A stretch of DNA of 64,000 nt from NCBI GenBank assembly GCA_965279375.1, contig OZ257156.1:4096001-4160000 (forward strand), given 5' to 3'. The stretch is from Gemmatimonas sp. GTDB lineage: Bacteria; Gemmatimonadota; Gemmatimonadetes; Gemmatimonadales; Gemmatimonadaceae. Positions 47,959 to 58,936 of this stretch are shown in pieces. The notes beneath the pieces are model-generated. The model searched no databases. It saw only the letters and a program-made list of their open reading frames with translations, and was not told the DNA's origin. Position 1 is the stretch's first letter. Each line of letters starts with the position of its first letter. The position numbers were made by a program, and so were the translations under genes.

Positions 47959-49824
47959 GTGATCCGTCCGGTCCTCCCGTCGCTCGACACCGACCGCGCG
48001 CTCCGCATCCTGCTCGTAGATAACGACGCAGAGGCTGCAGAGCGTTCCGAGCTGGCGCTGCGCGCCCAACTCGAGGACGGGCTTGCCCTGTTTCGGGTGA
48101 ATTCGCTCGATGCTGCCGTCCGCACGCTGATGGAGGTCCCGTTCGATGTCGTTGTGCTCGAACTGGACTTGCCCGATGCGACCGGAATCGCCACGCTGGC
48201 CGGCGTGCGTGGCGCAGCGGCGGCGGTGCCCATCGTTGTCTACTCGAGCCTGCTGGACGACGCCCTCGTGCTCCGCGCGATCCGCGTCGGCGCCCACGAA
48301 TGCCTCGCCAAGTCCAGCACGCCCCCTGACCAGCTAGCGCGCAGTCTGGCGTTCGCGATGGAACGGCAGCGCCGACTCGCAACCATCGAAGCCGCGCGGA
48401 GCGAAGCTGCGCACCGCGCCACCCACGATCCGCTGACCGGACTGGCCAACCGCAACCTGATTCTCGATCAGCTCGATCGGGCGCTCGCGTTCGGTTCCCG
48501 CTACGGCCGCAAGACCGGCATCATGTTCGTCGATCTCGACGGCTTCAAGGAGATCAACGACACGCTGGGGCACGCACGCGGCGATGCATTGCTGCAAGCC
48601 GTCTCGCGGCGGCTGCTCGAGTCTGTGCGCCGTTCGGATACGGTGGCGCGACTGGGCGGCGACGAGTTCGTTGTGTTGCTCCCGGACGTCACCAGCCGCC
48701 GCGACATCTCGTTCGTCCAGGAGACGATCGTAGACTGCCTTCGCGCGCCAATCGACGTCGGCGCCGGTCAGCTCGTGCGCGTGTCGGCCAGCGTGGGCGG
48801 AGCCATGTCGCCTCTGGACGGCGAGTCGGCATCGGCCCTGATGCACGCGGCGGATGCAGACATGTACCGCGAGAAATCACGCCGTCGGCGGCCGCGCGCT
48901 CTTCCGACAGGACTGGGCGAGGCGCTGACAGATGGAGGTTCGGACGCACTCGGTGTCGGGCCCGGCGACGTGCGATCCGCCGTCAGCATGGCCGCCCGCG
49001 TCGCTGCCGCCGCGTCGCCGCGACATCCCGGGGAAGCTCGGATGCGCGCCGCCTACCTGGCCGGCGAGTTCGAAGTCTACTTCCAGCCCATTCTCGACTC
49101 TGGAAATGGAAAAGTCCTAGCGGCTGAGGCGTTGCTACGCTGGAACGACCCGGTGAAGGGGCTGCTGCTCCCCGAGCTATTCCTGCCGCTCGCCGAAGAC
49201 ACGGGCCTCATTGTGCCGATCGGCGAGATGGTCCTACAGCGCGCGTGCGAGGCGGTTGTGCGTTGGCGGGCGACCGACGCCCTGCGCGACCTGCGCGTCG
49301 CGGTGAACCTGGCGGTGGTACAGCTTCGGGAAAATGGATTCGAGCAGCGTCTCGCCAGCATCCTCTCAGAATCCGGCTGCCCGCCCGAGGCGTTGGTGCT
49401 CGAACTGAGCGAGCGACGTACTCTCGCCGAAGGGGAAGTCGAGTTGGAGACGCTGCGCGCACTCAAAGCGCTCGGCGTGCGGCTGTTCGTGGATGACTTC
49501 GGCGTCGGGAACGCATCGCTCCTGTTTCTGCGCGAGGCTCCGATCGACGGCATCAAGATCGATCGGCAGTTCGTGCTTCGCATGCTGTCGGACCGGCGCG
49601 ACCATGCGATCGTCTCGGCGCTGGTAGGATTGGCGCGCGGGATGTCGCTGGAGTTCGTCGCCGAGGGTGTGGAGAGCGCGGCGCAGTCGAACGCGCTTCG
49701 AGCACTTGGCTGCGACGTGCAGCAGGGGCACCAATTCTGCGAGGCCGTGCCGCTGGCCGACATGGAGCAGTGGATCTGTCATGCGGAGCGCGTGCGGAGT
49801 GAACACGCGGCAGGGCAATCCTGA
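47959..49824 (+). CDS. REC-GGDEF-EAL diguanylate cyclase/phosphodiesterase
   Basis: HDPLTGLANR, DLDGFK.IND..GH..GD, RRSD I-site, GGDEF, EALLRW, DDFG, KID, EGVE, QG; GTG start approximate. Confidence 0.93.
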   Translation: MIRPVLPSLDTDRALRILLVDNDAEAAERSELALRAQLEDGLALFRVNSLDAAVRTLMEVPFDVVVLELDLPDATGIATLAGVRGAAAAVPIVVYSSLLDDALVLRAIRVGAHECLAKSSTPPDQLARSLAFAMERQRRLATIEAARSEAAHRATHDPLTGLANRNLILDQLDRALAFGSRYGRKTGIMFVDLDGFKEINDTLGHARGDALLQAVSRRLLESVRRSDTVARLGGDEFVVLLPDVTSRRDISFVQETIVDCLRAPIDVGAGQLVRVSASVGGAMSPLDGESASALMHAADADMYREKSRRRRPRALPTGLGEALTDGGSDALGVGPGDVRSAVSMAARVAAAASPRHPGEARMRAAYLAGEFEVYFQPILDSGNGKVLAAEALLRWNDPVKGLLLPELFLPLAEDTGLIVPIGEMVLQRACEAVVRWRATDALRDLRVAVNLAVVQLRENGFEQRLASILSESGCPPEALVLELSERRTLAEGEVELETLRALKALGVRLFVDDFGVGNASLLFLREAPIDGIKIDRQFVLRMLSDRRDHAIVSALVGLARGMSLEFVAEGVESAAQSNALRALGCDVQQGHQFCEAVPLADMEQWICHAERVRSEHAAGQS

Positions 49825-49853
49825 AAGCAAGACGGCGCCCAGAGGGCGCCGTC
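49825..49853 (-). terminator. intrinsic terminator downstream of tRNA-Ala (may be bidirectional)
   Basis: Minus strand GACGGCGCCC-TCT-GGGCGCCGTC followed by TTGCTT. Confidence 0.65.
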
Positions 49854-49904
49854 GGTGCGACATGAGCAGGAGCTGTTAGTCCTTCAACCGCGAGTCCTGC
49901 GTAA

Positions 49905-49977
<73 letters not shown>

Positions 49978-50025
49978 GTTGAGCGGCGCCCCGAAGGGCG
50001 CCGTCAGGGTCCTACACGAACAATA

Positions 50026-51357
50026 CTACTCGTGCGCCGGCAGCGGTTCCATGGTGCGGGCGTCTACCGGGACCTGGACTTCGTCCTTGCACGGCGTCGT
50101 CATCATGAAGACGCGCATGACTGGGAACGCGTCCATGAACGACGCGTAGCAGAAGCCCCACAGACCGATGAAGCCAAGCGTGGTGCCGATTTCCCAGATG
50201 CCGAACGGTAGCGACGTCTGCGTCTCGCCGTAGATCGAGGGATAAATCTCGATGTAGCGGTGGAGATAGAGGCCGATGATGCTGCAGAACGCAAAGAGCA
50301 CGAACGTGGGCAGGTACATCTTCGCGGCCTTGGAGATCAGACCGAAGAACGGCAGGACGAAGATGAAGATCGGGATGAGCTGCGTGATCTGCTTCCACAC
50401 ACCCGTCAGGCGCAGACGGTAGAAGTGCGTCTCTTCCGGCATGTTGCCGTACCAGATCACCAGGTACTGGCTGAAGCTGATGTAGCCGAAGAAGGCAGTG
50501 AAGGCAAAGCAGAGCTTACCCAAGTCCCACAACTGATCCATCGTGGCGACGTCCTTCATCTGCAGGTGGTTGCGCCACCACATCGTCAGCAGAGAAAGCG
50601 TCATCACCATGTTGAGCCACGCGCCCATGAACACGATCCAGGCGTACATCGTCTGCTGGAAGTGCAAGCTGATCGACATGGAGTAGTCCCACGCCATGAA
50701 GCACCAGCCGATCACGAAGCTCATGCACACCGCGACCGCGAGCTTGCCCTGCAGCGAGTGCTGCGAGTGCAGTTCACGACGCTCGTCGCCGAATCCGGCG
50801 CGCATCTTGGCACGGAGACCGGCCGCCCACTTGGCGCCGTATTCCGGCAACACGGCCACGTCGAGACGCACCGAGTTGTAGACGAACAGCAGCTGCAGCA
50901 CCATCATCGCGCCGAAGAGCACGATACCGCGGAGCAGGAAGAACCCCGGGGCGAGATACGTGGCCTTCTCCGCCGTGGGGATCGCTTCGCGACCGGCCCA
51001 GGTGAAGATGTGATCGCGGCCAGGGATCAGGATGACGAGCAGAAGAATGAACGCGACCGGCATGAAGGCGACGTAGCCTTCGACGAAGCGCACGACCGGG
51101 CGCGACCAGCGCGCCGTGACGATACGCTGCACCGCCGCGAAGGCCGTACCGGCCGACGAGATGGTCGCGAAGAACAGCCAGTTGTAGTGCAGCGCGTACC
51201 AGGCGCGCTCCTGACCGGTGAACACACCGCCCAGGAAGGTCGCGATACCGACGACGGCGAGCGCGAGGCAGATCGTCTTGATCGAGCCCGGGATGGGCTT
51301 GCCGGCGAGCCGCTGCGCGAATTCCTGTCGCGTCGGATAGGAGTAATGCTGGCTCAC
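50026..51357 (-). CDS. actF: alternative complex III membrane subunit F
   Basis: About 10 TMs, A.WSRPV.R..E, DLGK..FAF..F.GY..FSQY.VIWYGNMPEE. Confidence 0.92.
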   Translation of the reverse strand: MSQHYSYPTRQEFAQRLAGKPIPGSIKTICLALAVVGIATFLGGVFTGQERAWYALHYNWLFFATISSAGTAFAAVQRIVTARWSRPVVRFVEGYVAFMPVAFILLLVILIPGRDHIFTWAGREAIPTAEKATYLAPGFFLLRGIVLFGAMMVLQLLFVYNSVRLDVAVLPEYGAKWAAGLRAKMRAGFGDERRELHSQHSLQGKLAVAVCMSFVIGWCFMAWDYSMSISLHFQQTMYAWIVFMGAWLNMVMTLSLLTMWWRNHLQMKDVATMDQLWDLGKLCFAFTAFFGYISFSQYLVIWYGNMPEETHFYRLRLTGVWKQITQLIPIFIFVLPFFGLISKAAKMYLPTFVLFAFCSIIGLYLHRYIEIYPSIYGETQTSLPFGIWEIGTTLGFIGLWGFCYASFMDAFPVMRVFMMTTPCKDEVQVPVDARTMEPLPAHE

Positions 51358-52190
51358 TAGTGCTTCTCCTTGCTATCGGCAGCGGGCTTGGCTTCGCCGG
51401 CGGCCGCTTCATGTGAAGCCGCCCCACCGTTGTTGCCGCCCTTGTACGTCGCGGAGTTCACGTTCGGCTTGCCACCGGTCGGCATAGGCGTCGGGTGCAA
51501 GTACGGCGCGGGCAGCGTCGGAGCGCTCTGCGACGGCCCCGGCACGCTCGTGCCGTTCTGCCCCGGGTAACCGGCCGGCGAACTATCCGGCTTGAACGAG
51601 GTCTTGCCCTGCAACGTGCGGATGTAGTTGACGACATCCCAACGATCGCGCTCTTCGATGCGGTTGTAGCTCGGCATCAGGCCACGGCCGTTGCGCATCA
51701 TGCCGTAGATGTAGCCGTCGGTCAGCTGGTTCATCACACGGTCCGACATGAGCGGGATACCGATGATACCCGACGCTGCCGCCTTGGGATTGCCGTTACC
51801 GGCGATCCCGTGGCAGACCGCACAGTTGATCTGGTAATTCTTGCGGCCGTTTTCGACCGAGCGCTCATCCACCGGCACCGGGTTGGGCACCGGCGCCAGC
51901 GAATCGATCACGTTGGGGTAGTTGCCGTACGACACCATGTACGCCGCCGCCGACGTTCCCGTGATGGGCACGCTGTACTTGGGCTGGCCGCGCGGGGGCG
52001 TCGTCGTGTCGTTCTCGTTCTGCGACATCGGCTCCCACGGATCGATCTTGGGCTGCTTCTTGAAATCGGTGAACCAGGTGCACGCACCAAACGCGAACGG
52101 CAGCACCAGCACGGCGGCCGGACGCACCGAGCGCTCGAGCGAGTTACGCATGGACGAGAGGGGTTGAGACTTCACGTGTTCACGCTTCAC
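51357..52190 (-). CDS. actE: alternative complex III monoheme cytochrome c lipoprotein E
   Basis: FGAC lipobox, single CAVCH, GRGLMPSY, DRW.VVNYIR.LQ; start GTG 52190 or ATG 52151. Confidence 0.88.
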   Translation of the reverse strand: MKREHVKSQPLSSMRNSLERSVRPAAVLVLPFAFGACTWFTDFKKQPKIDPWEPMSQNENDTTTPPRGQPKYSVPITGTSAAAYMVSYGNYPNVIDSLAPVPNPVPVDERSVENGRKNYQINCAVCHGIAGNGNPKAAASGIIGIPLMSDRVMNQLTDGYIYGMMRNGRGLMPSYNRIEERDRWDVVNYIRTLQGKTSFKPDSSPAGYPGQNGTSVPGPSQSAPTLPAPYLHPTPMPTGGKPNVNSATYKGGNNGGAASHEAAAGEAKPAADSKEKH

Positions 52191-52679
52191 GTCGCACCTC
52201 GACAGCGCCGTGCTGCTTGAGCAGCGCTTCGGCCTGCGTCGCCTTGGCGGAGTCGCAGGCGACGAAGATGCCGTAGTAGCCACCCGAGAAGCGGACGTCA
52301 TACCCAGACGTCGCCGTGAGGCGCGGGATGCGTGAGTTGATGAACATGCCGGCGACCGTGGACAGCGCGCCCACGAGCACCATGACTTCGAAACCGATGA
52401 TCGTGTACGGGATCCACGAGGCGATCGCCTTGCCACCCGTCACGAGCGGCCAGTACTCCGACGACCAGATCGCGATCCAGTAGCCAAAGCTGACACCAAG
52501 CAAACCACCGATGAGCGTGAAGCGACGCACGACGCTGATCGGCGCATCGATCGCGTGCTCGAGCTCATGGCGGATCGTCGGCGAGTACACGGTCACATCG
52601 CCGAGCTTCTTCTTCTTCAAATCTTCGATCGCGGCACAGGTCGTGTCGATCTCATGGAATGCTCCAACGACGCCTTGCA

Positions 52680-52680
<1 letters not shown>
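52180..52680 (-). CDS. actD: alternative complex III subunit D (DUF3341-like)
   Basis: VYSP, two TMs, WPL.TGGK, FE..VL, RFS; position after actC. Confidence 0.9.
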
Positions 52681-54080
<1,400 letters not shown>

Positions 54081-54095
54081 GTACGATGCGCCTCC

Positions 54096-57000
54096 TCAGG
54101 CCTTGGCCGACGCCGCAGGCGCCGGATGGTTGACCTTCTTCAAGTAGACCACGGCCGTGTACGTGTTCAGCTCTTCGAACACGTGGTAGGCGCGGCGATC
54201 GTATGCGAGTTTCGAAACGCTCCAGTTCTCGTCCGCGGCATCACCAAAGGTGATCGCTCGCGACGGGCACGCCTGCGCGCACGCCGTCGTGAACTCGTCC
54301 GCCTTGACCGGGCGTCCTTCTGCCTTTGCGCGATGCTCGGCTTCACGGATACGCTGCACGCAGAACGTGCACTTCTCCATGACGCCCTTGCCACGCACGG
54401 TGACGTCGGGATTGAGGCCCCAGTGCATCGGCTCCGGCCACGCGTACTGCTTGCGCTCCGGCTCGCCGTAGCCGAACCAGTTGAAGTAGCGGACCTTGTA
54501 CGGGCAGTTGTTGCTGCAGTAGCGCGTGCCTACGCAGCGGTTGTACACCTGCACGTTGAGGCCGTCCGGCGAGTGATACGTCGCGTACACCGGGCACACG
54601 GGCTCGCACGGCGCGTTGCCGCAGTGCTGGCACATCATCGGCACGAAGCGCGTATCGAAGTCCGGCGAGAACTCGTTGGCCGTGTTCTCGTTCCCCTCGT
54701 AGTAGCGCTCGAGGCGGATCCAGGCCATTTCGCGGCCCTTGATGATGTTCGCGCCCGGACGCTCATCCCACGTGGACGGGCTGAGCGCGCGACCCTGATA
54801 CGGCGCGCCCACCGTCGGAATGTTGTTCTCGCTGTAGCAGGCCGTGACGCACGCCGAGCAACCAGTGCAACGCGCCAGGTCGATCGTCATGGCCCAACGG
54901 CGGTGCTCCATCCCGGAGGAGTGCTCGGGCGAGTACATGCCCGTCGCCTTGCCATCCTTGTTGGCGAAGTCGCCCTGCGCATCGGCTGCGATCGGGGACT
55001 TAAGACCTGACATGAAGTCCTGCGACGGAAGTCCAGGAATTGCATGCTCATGCTCCTCGTCACCTCCACCGTTCAACAGCTCTTCCAGCGTGATCGCCTG
55101 ACCGATACCGCGGCCATGCTGGCGGGCCGAACCTTCGGTGGTGGCGAGCTGCGAGGCTTCGGCGAGGACTGTGACCTTGCCCTTGGCCGCAGTCAGCGTG
55201 AGGGCGCCAGAGGCATCCCAGCCGTGCGGGAGCAGGTCATACGCGTTCACGCCGATGTTCTGGGCGAAGCGGCCGTACGCGGTGTGACCCAATCCAAGGG
55301 CGACGGCGACCGTGTCCGGACGCACGCCCATGTACTGGTAGGCTGGCGCGGTGATCTTGCCGGACGCCGTTTCGATGGTCAGGTGCTGACCTTCCTTGAG
55401 GCCGAGCTTCTTGTACGTCGATGGGTGCACTTCCACCCACGACTGCCACGCGATCTTGGTGACGGGATCGGGGAGTTCCTGCAGCCACGGCTTGTTGGCG
55501 CCGCGACCGTCGCCCAACGTGGCCGACGGGTAGACATGCACGAAGTACTCACCCGCTCCTGCCGCGACTGTCGGCGAGGCCGGCACGCTGCCACCCTTGG
55601 AAAGCGAGGGCACCAGCGGGCTGCCAGCGACCGAGCCCTTGGTCAGTGCGTCGGTGAACGCCTTGGCGCCCCCCGGGAACTTGCTCAGGTACCAGGTGCG
55701 GTAGTCGGCGACGTTGTACTTGGCGGCCAGCGCCTGATCCTTCTTGGCGAGGTCGATGAGCACATCAGCGGTGGACTTGGTGTCGAACACCGGATCGAGC
55801 GTGGCCTGCTGCAGCGCAAGCTGACCCGGCGTCGTGACCGCATCGCCCCAGCTCTCGAGCCAGTGGTTGTCGGGGAGCACGAGATCGCAGAGCGACGTCG
55901 TCTCGTCCGGCATGGTCGAGAAGGAGACCTTGAACGGCACCTTGGCAAACGCGGCCGCGAAGCCCGCCGACTTGGGCATCGTGTGCGCCGGGTTGGCGCC
56001 GCGCACGAAGACCATCGGCACGCTGCCGGCGCCCATCGCCTGCACCGACGTCGCCAGTTCGGCGTACGACGAGAGGCCGTTGTAGCCGCCGTGTGCATTG
56101 GCCGGCTTGATCGTGACGCCGACCGAGCCCGCCTTCTTGTTGATCTCAGCGACCATGGTGCCGCACTCGACGGCATCGGCGCTGGTGACACCGCAGATCG
56201 CCATCACGCCGTTGCCGGCCTTGGTGATCGCGGCCGCGAGCGCTTCGATCGTGGCGACCGGCACGCCGGAGGCCTCGGACGCGGCGGCCGCGGTGCCCTG
56301 CCCAACCAGCGCAGCGCAGAAGGCCATCTCACTGCCCGGCTTCGTGGCGATCCACTGATCGGCGTTCAGGCCGGTCAGCGAGCGGCGCGCGCCGACGTAG
56401 ACCAGCTGCGGCGCGCCTTCGATCTTGGCGCGGGCATCGGCCCAGTCGAGCTGCTGCGGCACACTGTGCCCCCAGCCATCGAGGAAGTCGGCGCCAAAGC
56501 TGATGATCAGCTTGGCCGCGCTGAAGTCGAGCTGCGGCCACGCGACGCCGTACGCCTTCTGGTTGGCGGCGATCGTCGCGCCAGGCGCGAGCGCATCCAC
56601 GCTCAGATGAGCCGGCATCCCCTGCGCGGCAAGCCACGCATCGAGGAAGCCCGGGAAGGTGCCCGTCTCGTGCTGATTGACGAAGACGACGCTACCAGCC
56701 TTCCCCGTGCTCTTGACCTCGCCGAGCTTCGTCGCCAGCAGCTCGTAGGCCTTGTCCCACGTCGTCGGCTTGAGCGCGTTCCCGTCGCGCACCATCGGCG
56801 AGCGATAGCGGTCCGGGTTGTACACGCCCTGCATCGCCGACAAGCCGGTCGCGCAGATCGCGCCCCGGTTGAGCGGGTTCTCGGGGTTGCCCTCGAGCTT
56901 GATGGGGCGGCCGTCACGCACTTCGGCGTGCACGCCGCAGGCGGCGGCGCACTCGCGGCAGGTGGTCGCGTAGTAGGCGGACACACCGGGGACGGTGTTG

Positions 57001-57137
57001 TCGGGCGACGTCACGTACGGAATGAGCTTCCCCACCTTTTCGGAGGAGCAGCCCACCACGGCCGTGGACGCGCCGGTGGCGCCTAGGATCTTAAGGAAGT
57101 CGCGGCGCTTGACGCCGGTTCCCGCTTCAGTGCTCAT
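54096..57137 (-). CDS. actB: alternative complex III subunit B (molybdopterin-oxidoreductase-like plus Fe-S domain)
   Basis: Tat RRDFLK followed by VVGC; NKPWLQELPDPVTK..W; CTGCSACVTAC, CQHCGNAPCEPVCP, CVGTRYCSNNCP, EKCTFC, ACAQACP. Confidence 0.95.
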   Translation of the reverse strand: MSTEAGTGVKRRDFLKILGATGASTAVVGCSSEKVGKLIPYVTSPDNTVPGVSAYYATTCRECAAACGVHAEVRDGRPIKLEGNPENPLNRGAICATGLSAMQGVYNPDRYRSPMVRDGNALKPTTWDKAYELLATKLGEVKSTGKAGSVVFVNQHETGTFPGFLDAWLAAQGMPAHLSVDALAPGATIAANQKAYGVAWPQLDFSAAKLIISFGADFLDGWGHSVPQQLDWADARAKIEGAPQLVYVGARRSLTGLNADQWIATKPGSEMAFCAALVGQGTAAAASEASGVPVATIEALAAAITKAGNGVMAICGVTSADAVECGTMVAEINKKAGSVGVTIKPANAHGGYNGLSSYAELATSVQAMGAGSVPMVFVRGANPAHTMPKSAGFAAAFAKVPFKVSFSTMPDETTSLCDLVLPDNHWLESWGDAVTTPGQLALQQATLDPVFDTKSTADVLIDLAKKDQALAAKYNVADYRTWYLSKFPGGAKAFTDALTKGSVAGSPLVPSLSKGGSVPASPTVAAGAGEYFVHVYPSATLGDGRGANKPWLQELPDPVTKIAWQSWVEVHPSTYKKLGLKEGQHLTIETASGKITAPAYQYMGVRPDTVAVALGLGHTAYGRFAQNIGVNAYDLLPHGWDASGALTLTAAKGKVTVLAEASQLATTEGSARQHGRGIGQAITLEELLNGGGDEEHEHAIPGLPSQDFMSGLKSPIAADAQGDFANKDGKATGMYSPEHSSGMEHRRWAMTIDLARCTGCSACVTACYSENNIPTVGAPYQGRALSPSTWDERPGANIIKGREMAWIRLERYYEGNENTANEFSPDFDTRFVPMMCQHCGNAPCEPVCPVYATYHSPDGLNVQVYNRCVGTRYCSNNCPYKVRYFNWFGYGEPERKQYAWPEPMHWGLNPDVTVRGKGVMEKCTFCVQRIREAEHRAKAEGRPVKADEFTTACAQACPSRAITFGDAADENWSVSKLAYDRRAYHVFEELNTYTAVVYLKKVNHPAPAASAKA

Positions 57138-57224
57138 GCAGTCACTCCGCTCCGGGCGGCCGCACGAGACCGTCAACGCGCACACTGCGCGCCGACGTCC
57201 CGTGAGTGAGGGTCAGTCGACGAA

Positions 57225-57842
57225 TCAGTAGTGGCAGACGCTGCAATCGTAGCGCGCCTTCTTGGCCGGCATCGCTTCGAGTTCGGGCGTGACCGGCTCA
57301 CCTGCCGCTCGCGCACCGTCGGCGGGCTTGTAGCCCTTCACGTGGCAGTTGACGCACCAACCCATGTTGAGCGAGTTGGCCTGCATCACCGGCACGTAGT
57401 TGGTATCAGGACCTTGCTTGCCCTGATTCTGGATCTGCCCATGGCACGTCTGACAGGTCACGCCCGCGTTGACATGGCGCATGTGCGGGAAGTGGACATA
57501 CTCCGGCACCTTGTGCACGCGATTCCAGGGAATCGGCTTCAGGCTGTCGTAGTACATCTTGACCTTCATGATCTCAGGCGCCGTGCTCTTGACCACCGCA
57601 TGGCAACCCATGCACGTGGACACCGACGCATTGCCCGGATCGGGCGACTTGTTGGCGGCGCTGTGACAGTACAGGCAATTCATGCCGGCTTTCTGAACAT
57701 GCGGCGAATGAACGAATTTGACCGGCTGCTCGACCCGCAGTCCCTGAGAGGACGAGGCGCCACTGTACGCCGACAGCAGTGCGGCCGCTGCGGCGAGTGC
57801 GAGGAAACCGGGAATCACCGTCCACTTCTTCTTGACCGTCAT
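57225..57842 (-). CDS. actA: alternative complex III pentaheme cytochrome c subunit A
   Basis: N-terminal anchor and five CxxCH (CLYCH, CMGCH, CQTCH, CVNCH, CSVCH); MGWC. Confidence 0.94.
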   Translation of the reverse strand: MTVKKKWTVIPGFLALAAAAALLSAYSGASSSQGLRVEQPVKFVHSPHVQKAGMNCLYCHSAANKSPDPGNASVSTCMGCHAVVKSTAPEIMKVKMYYDSLKPIPWNRVHKVPEYVHFPHMRHVNAGVTCQTCHGQIQNQGKQGPDTNYVPVMQANSLNMGWCVNCHVKGYKPADGARAAGEPVTPELEAMPAKKARYDCSVCHY

Positions 57843-57993
57843 TGACGCGACCGGGAAGGCTTGGGTGGCAACACAGGCGAAGTAAATCCATCGGGATTCA
57901 CAACGCGAAAGGGCGGACGGCCCTCGTTGGCCGACCTCGTCGAGACGGGGTCAACCGCGTAAGTCGCTGTCCGCAGAGTTTTTGCAAGCGCGA

Positions 57994-58022
57994 AGTATGA
58001 CCGGCACCGTACTAGTACGCAA
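57994..58022 (-). promoter_or_regulatory. putative sigma70 promoter of the act operon
   Basis: Minus strand TTGCGT (58022-58017), 17-bp spacer, CATACT (57999-57994). Confidence 0.5.
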
Positions 58023-58081
58023 GTGCAAAACGCGACTGTTAACGGGCCTTTCAAAAAGGTTCCGCGCGAGTGATCAACGCC

Positions 58082-58936
58082 TCAACCGACGCCGAGTTCC
58101 CGGCGCGCACGGGCCAAAATCTTGCTTCCATCCGCGAATGCCGCATCAGGCGTGACCGACCGTAACTCTGCGGGGAGCAAGTCCACCAGCGCGCGCGCCT
58201 GCTGGGTCAGCCGCAGTGGCCACCACGACGCCCACGCCAACCGCTCCGCCCCGACCGTGCGCACCAGATGCGCGAAGTGCTCCTCTGGCGGCCCCCAGAT
58301 CCAGCCGAAGTCGTACCACACCCGCGCCTGCTCGTCCGGCGTCAGTCCCCAGTGCGTCTCCTCCAACAGTTCGCGCCCGGCACCGGCAACCACCAGACGA
58401 CCACGCGATCCGGGGATGCGCGCCAACGCTCGGAGCGTCGCCGCTGGCACGTCGCCCACGGTGTCCATGGCGTGGCGCTGACGGAGGTCTTCGAATCGGA
58501 CGGTGAGGTGCATGACGATTCCTGCCTCGCCGCACGCCAGCATCAGCTCACGCATCCCCGGATGCCCCGGCCCCAGCCCCCACTGCGCGGGATAGACGCG
58601 AATCGCTGGCGCGCCTTCGTTCCGAGCCATGGCGAGCGTGGCTTCCCATTTGGGCCAGTCCGGCCGCACGATGGGCGCGGGCTGCAGCACGTCACGATGT
58701 GATGCGACGGCTTTGAGCAGATCCCGATTGGAGGACGACGGATCCCGGTGAAACGCGCCGGGCAGATGCCCCACCCAGGCCCCCGCATATCCCTCGCGCT
58801 CCAACACACGGACGAGAATGTCGGGCTCCGGATGCGGGATCTCGCGAAACGGATAGCCGCCAATCCACGCGTTCACGTCGATCGGGCGGAACGTCGACTC
58901 GGCCACGCCCTTGGTTGTCGAAGTCAGCGGCGTCAT
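58082..58936 (-). CDS. amidohydrolase-fold protein, metal ligands degenerate
   Basis: IDVNAWIG in place of IDxHxH, N..L, AIRVYP, GAERLAWAS..P; ATGA-coupled to the upstream paralog. Confidence 0.8.
   Translation of the reverse strand: MTPLTSTTKGVAESTFRPIDVNAWIGGYPFREIPHPEPDILVRVLEREGYAGAWVGHLPGAFHRDPSSSNRDLLKAVASHRDVLQPAPIVRPDWPKWEATLAMARNEGAPAIRVYPAQWGLGPGHPGMRELMLACGEAGIVMHLTVRFEDLRQRHAMDTVGDVPAATLRALARIPGSRGRLVVAGAGRELLEETHWGLTPDEQARVWYDFGWIWGPPEEHFAHLVRTVGAERLAWASWWPLRLTQQARALVDLLPAELRSVTPDAAFADGSKILARARRELGVG

Noticed and set aside
57839..58054. 71-aa ORF upstream of actA
   Set aside because: Overlaps the predicted promoter and leader; no motif or convincing RBS
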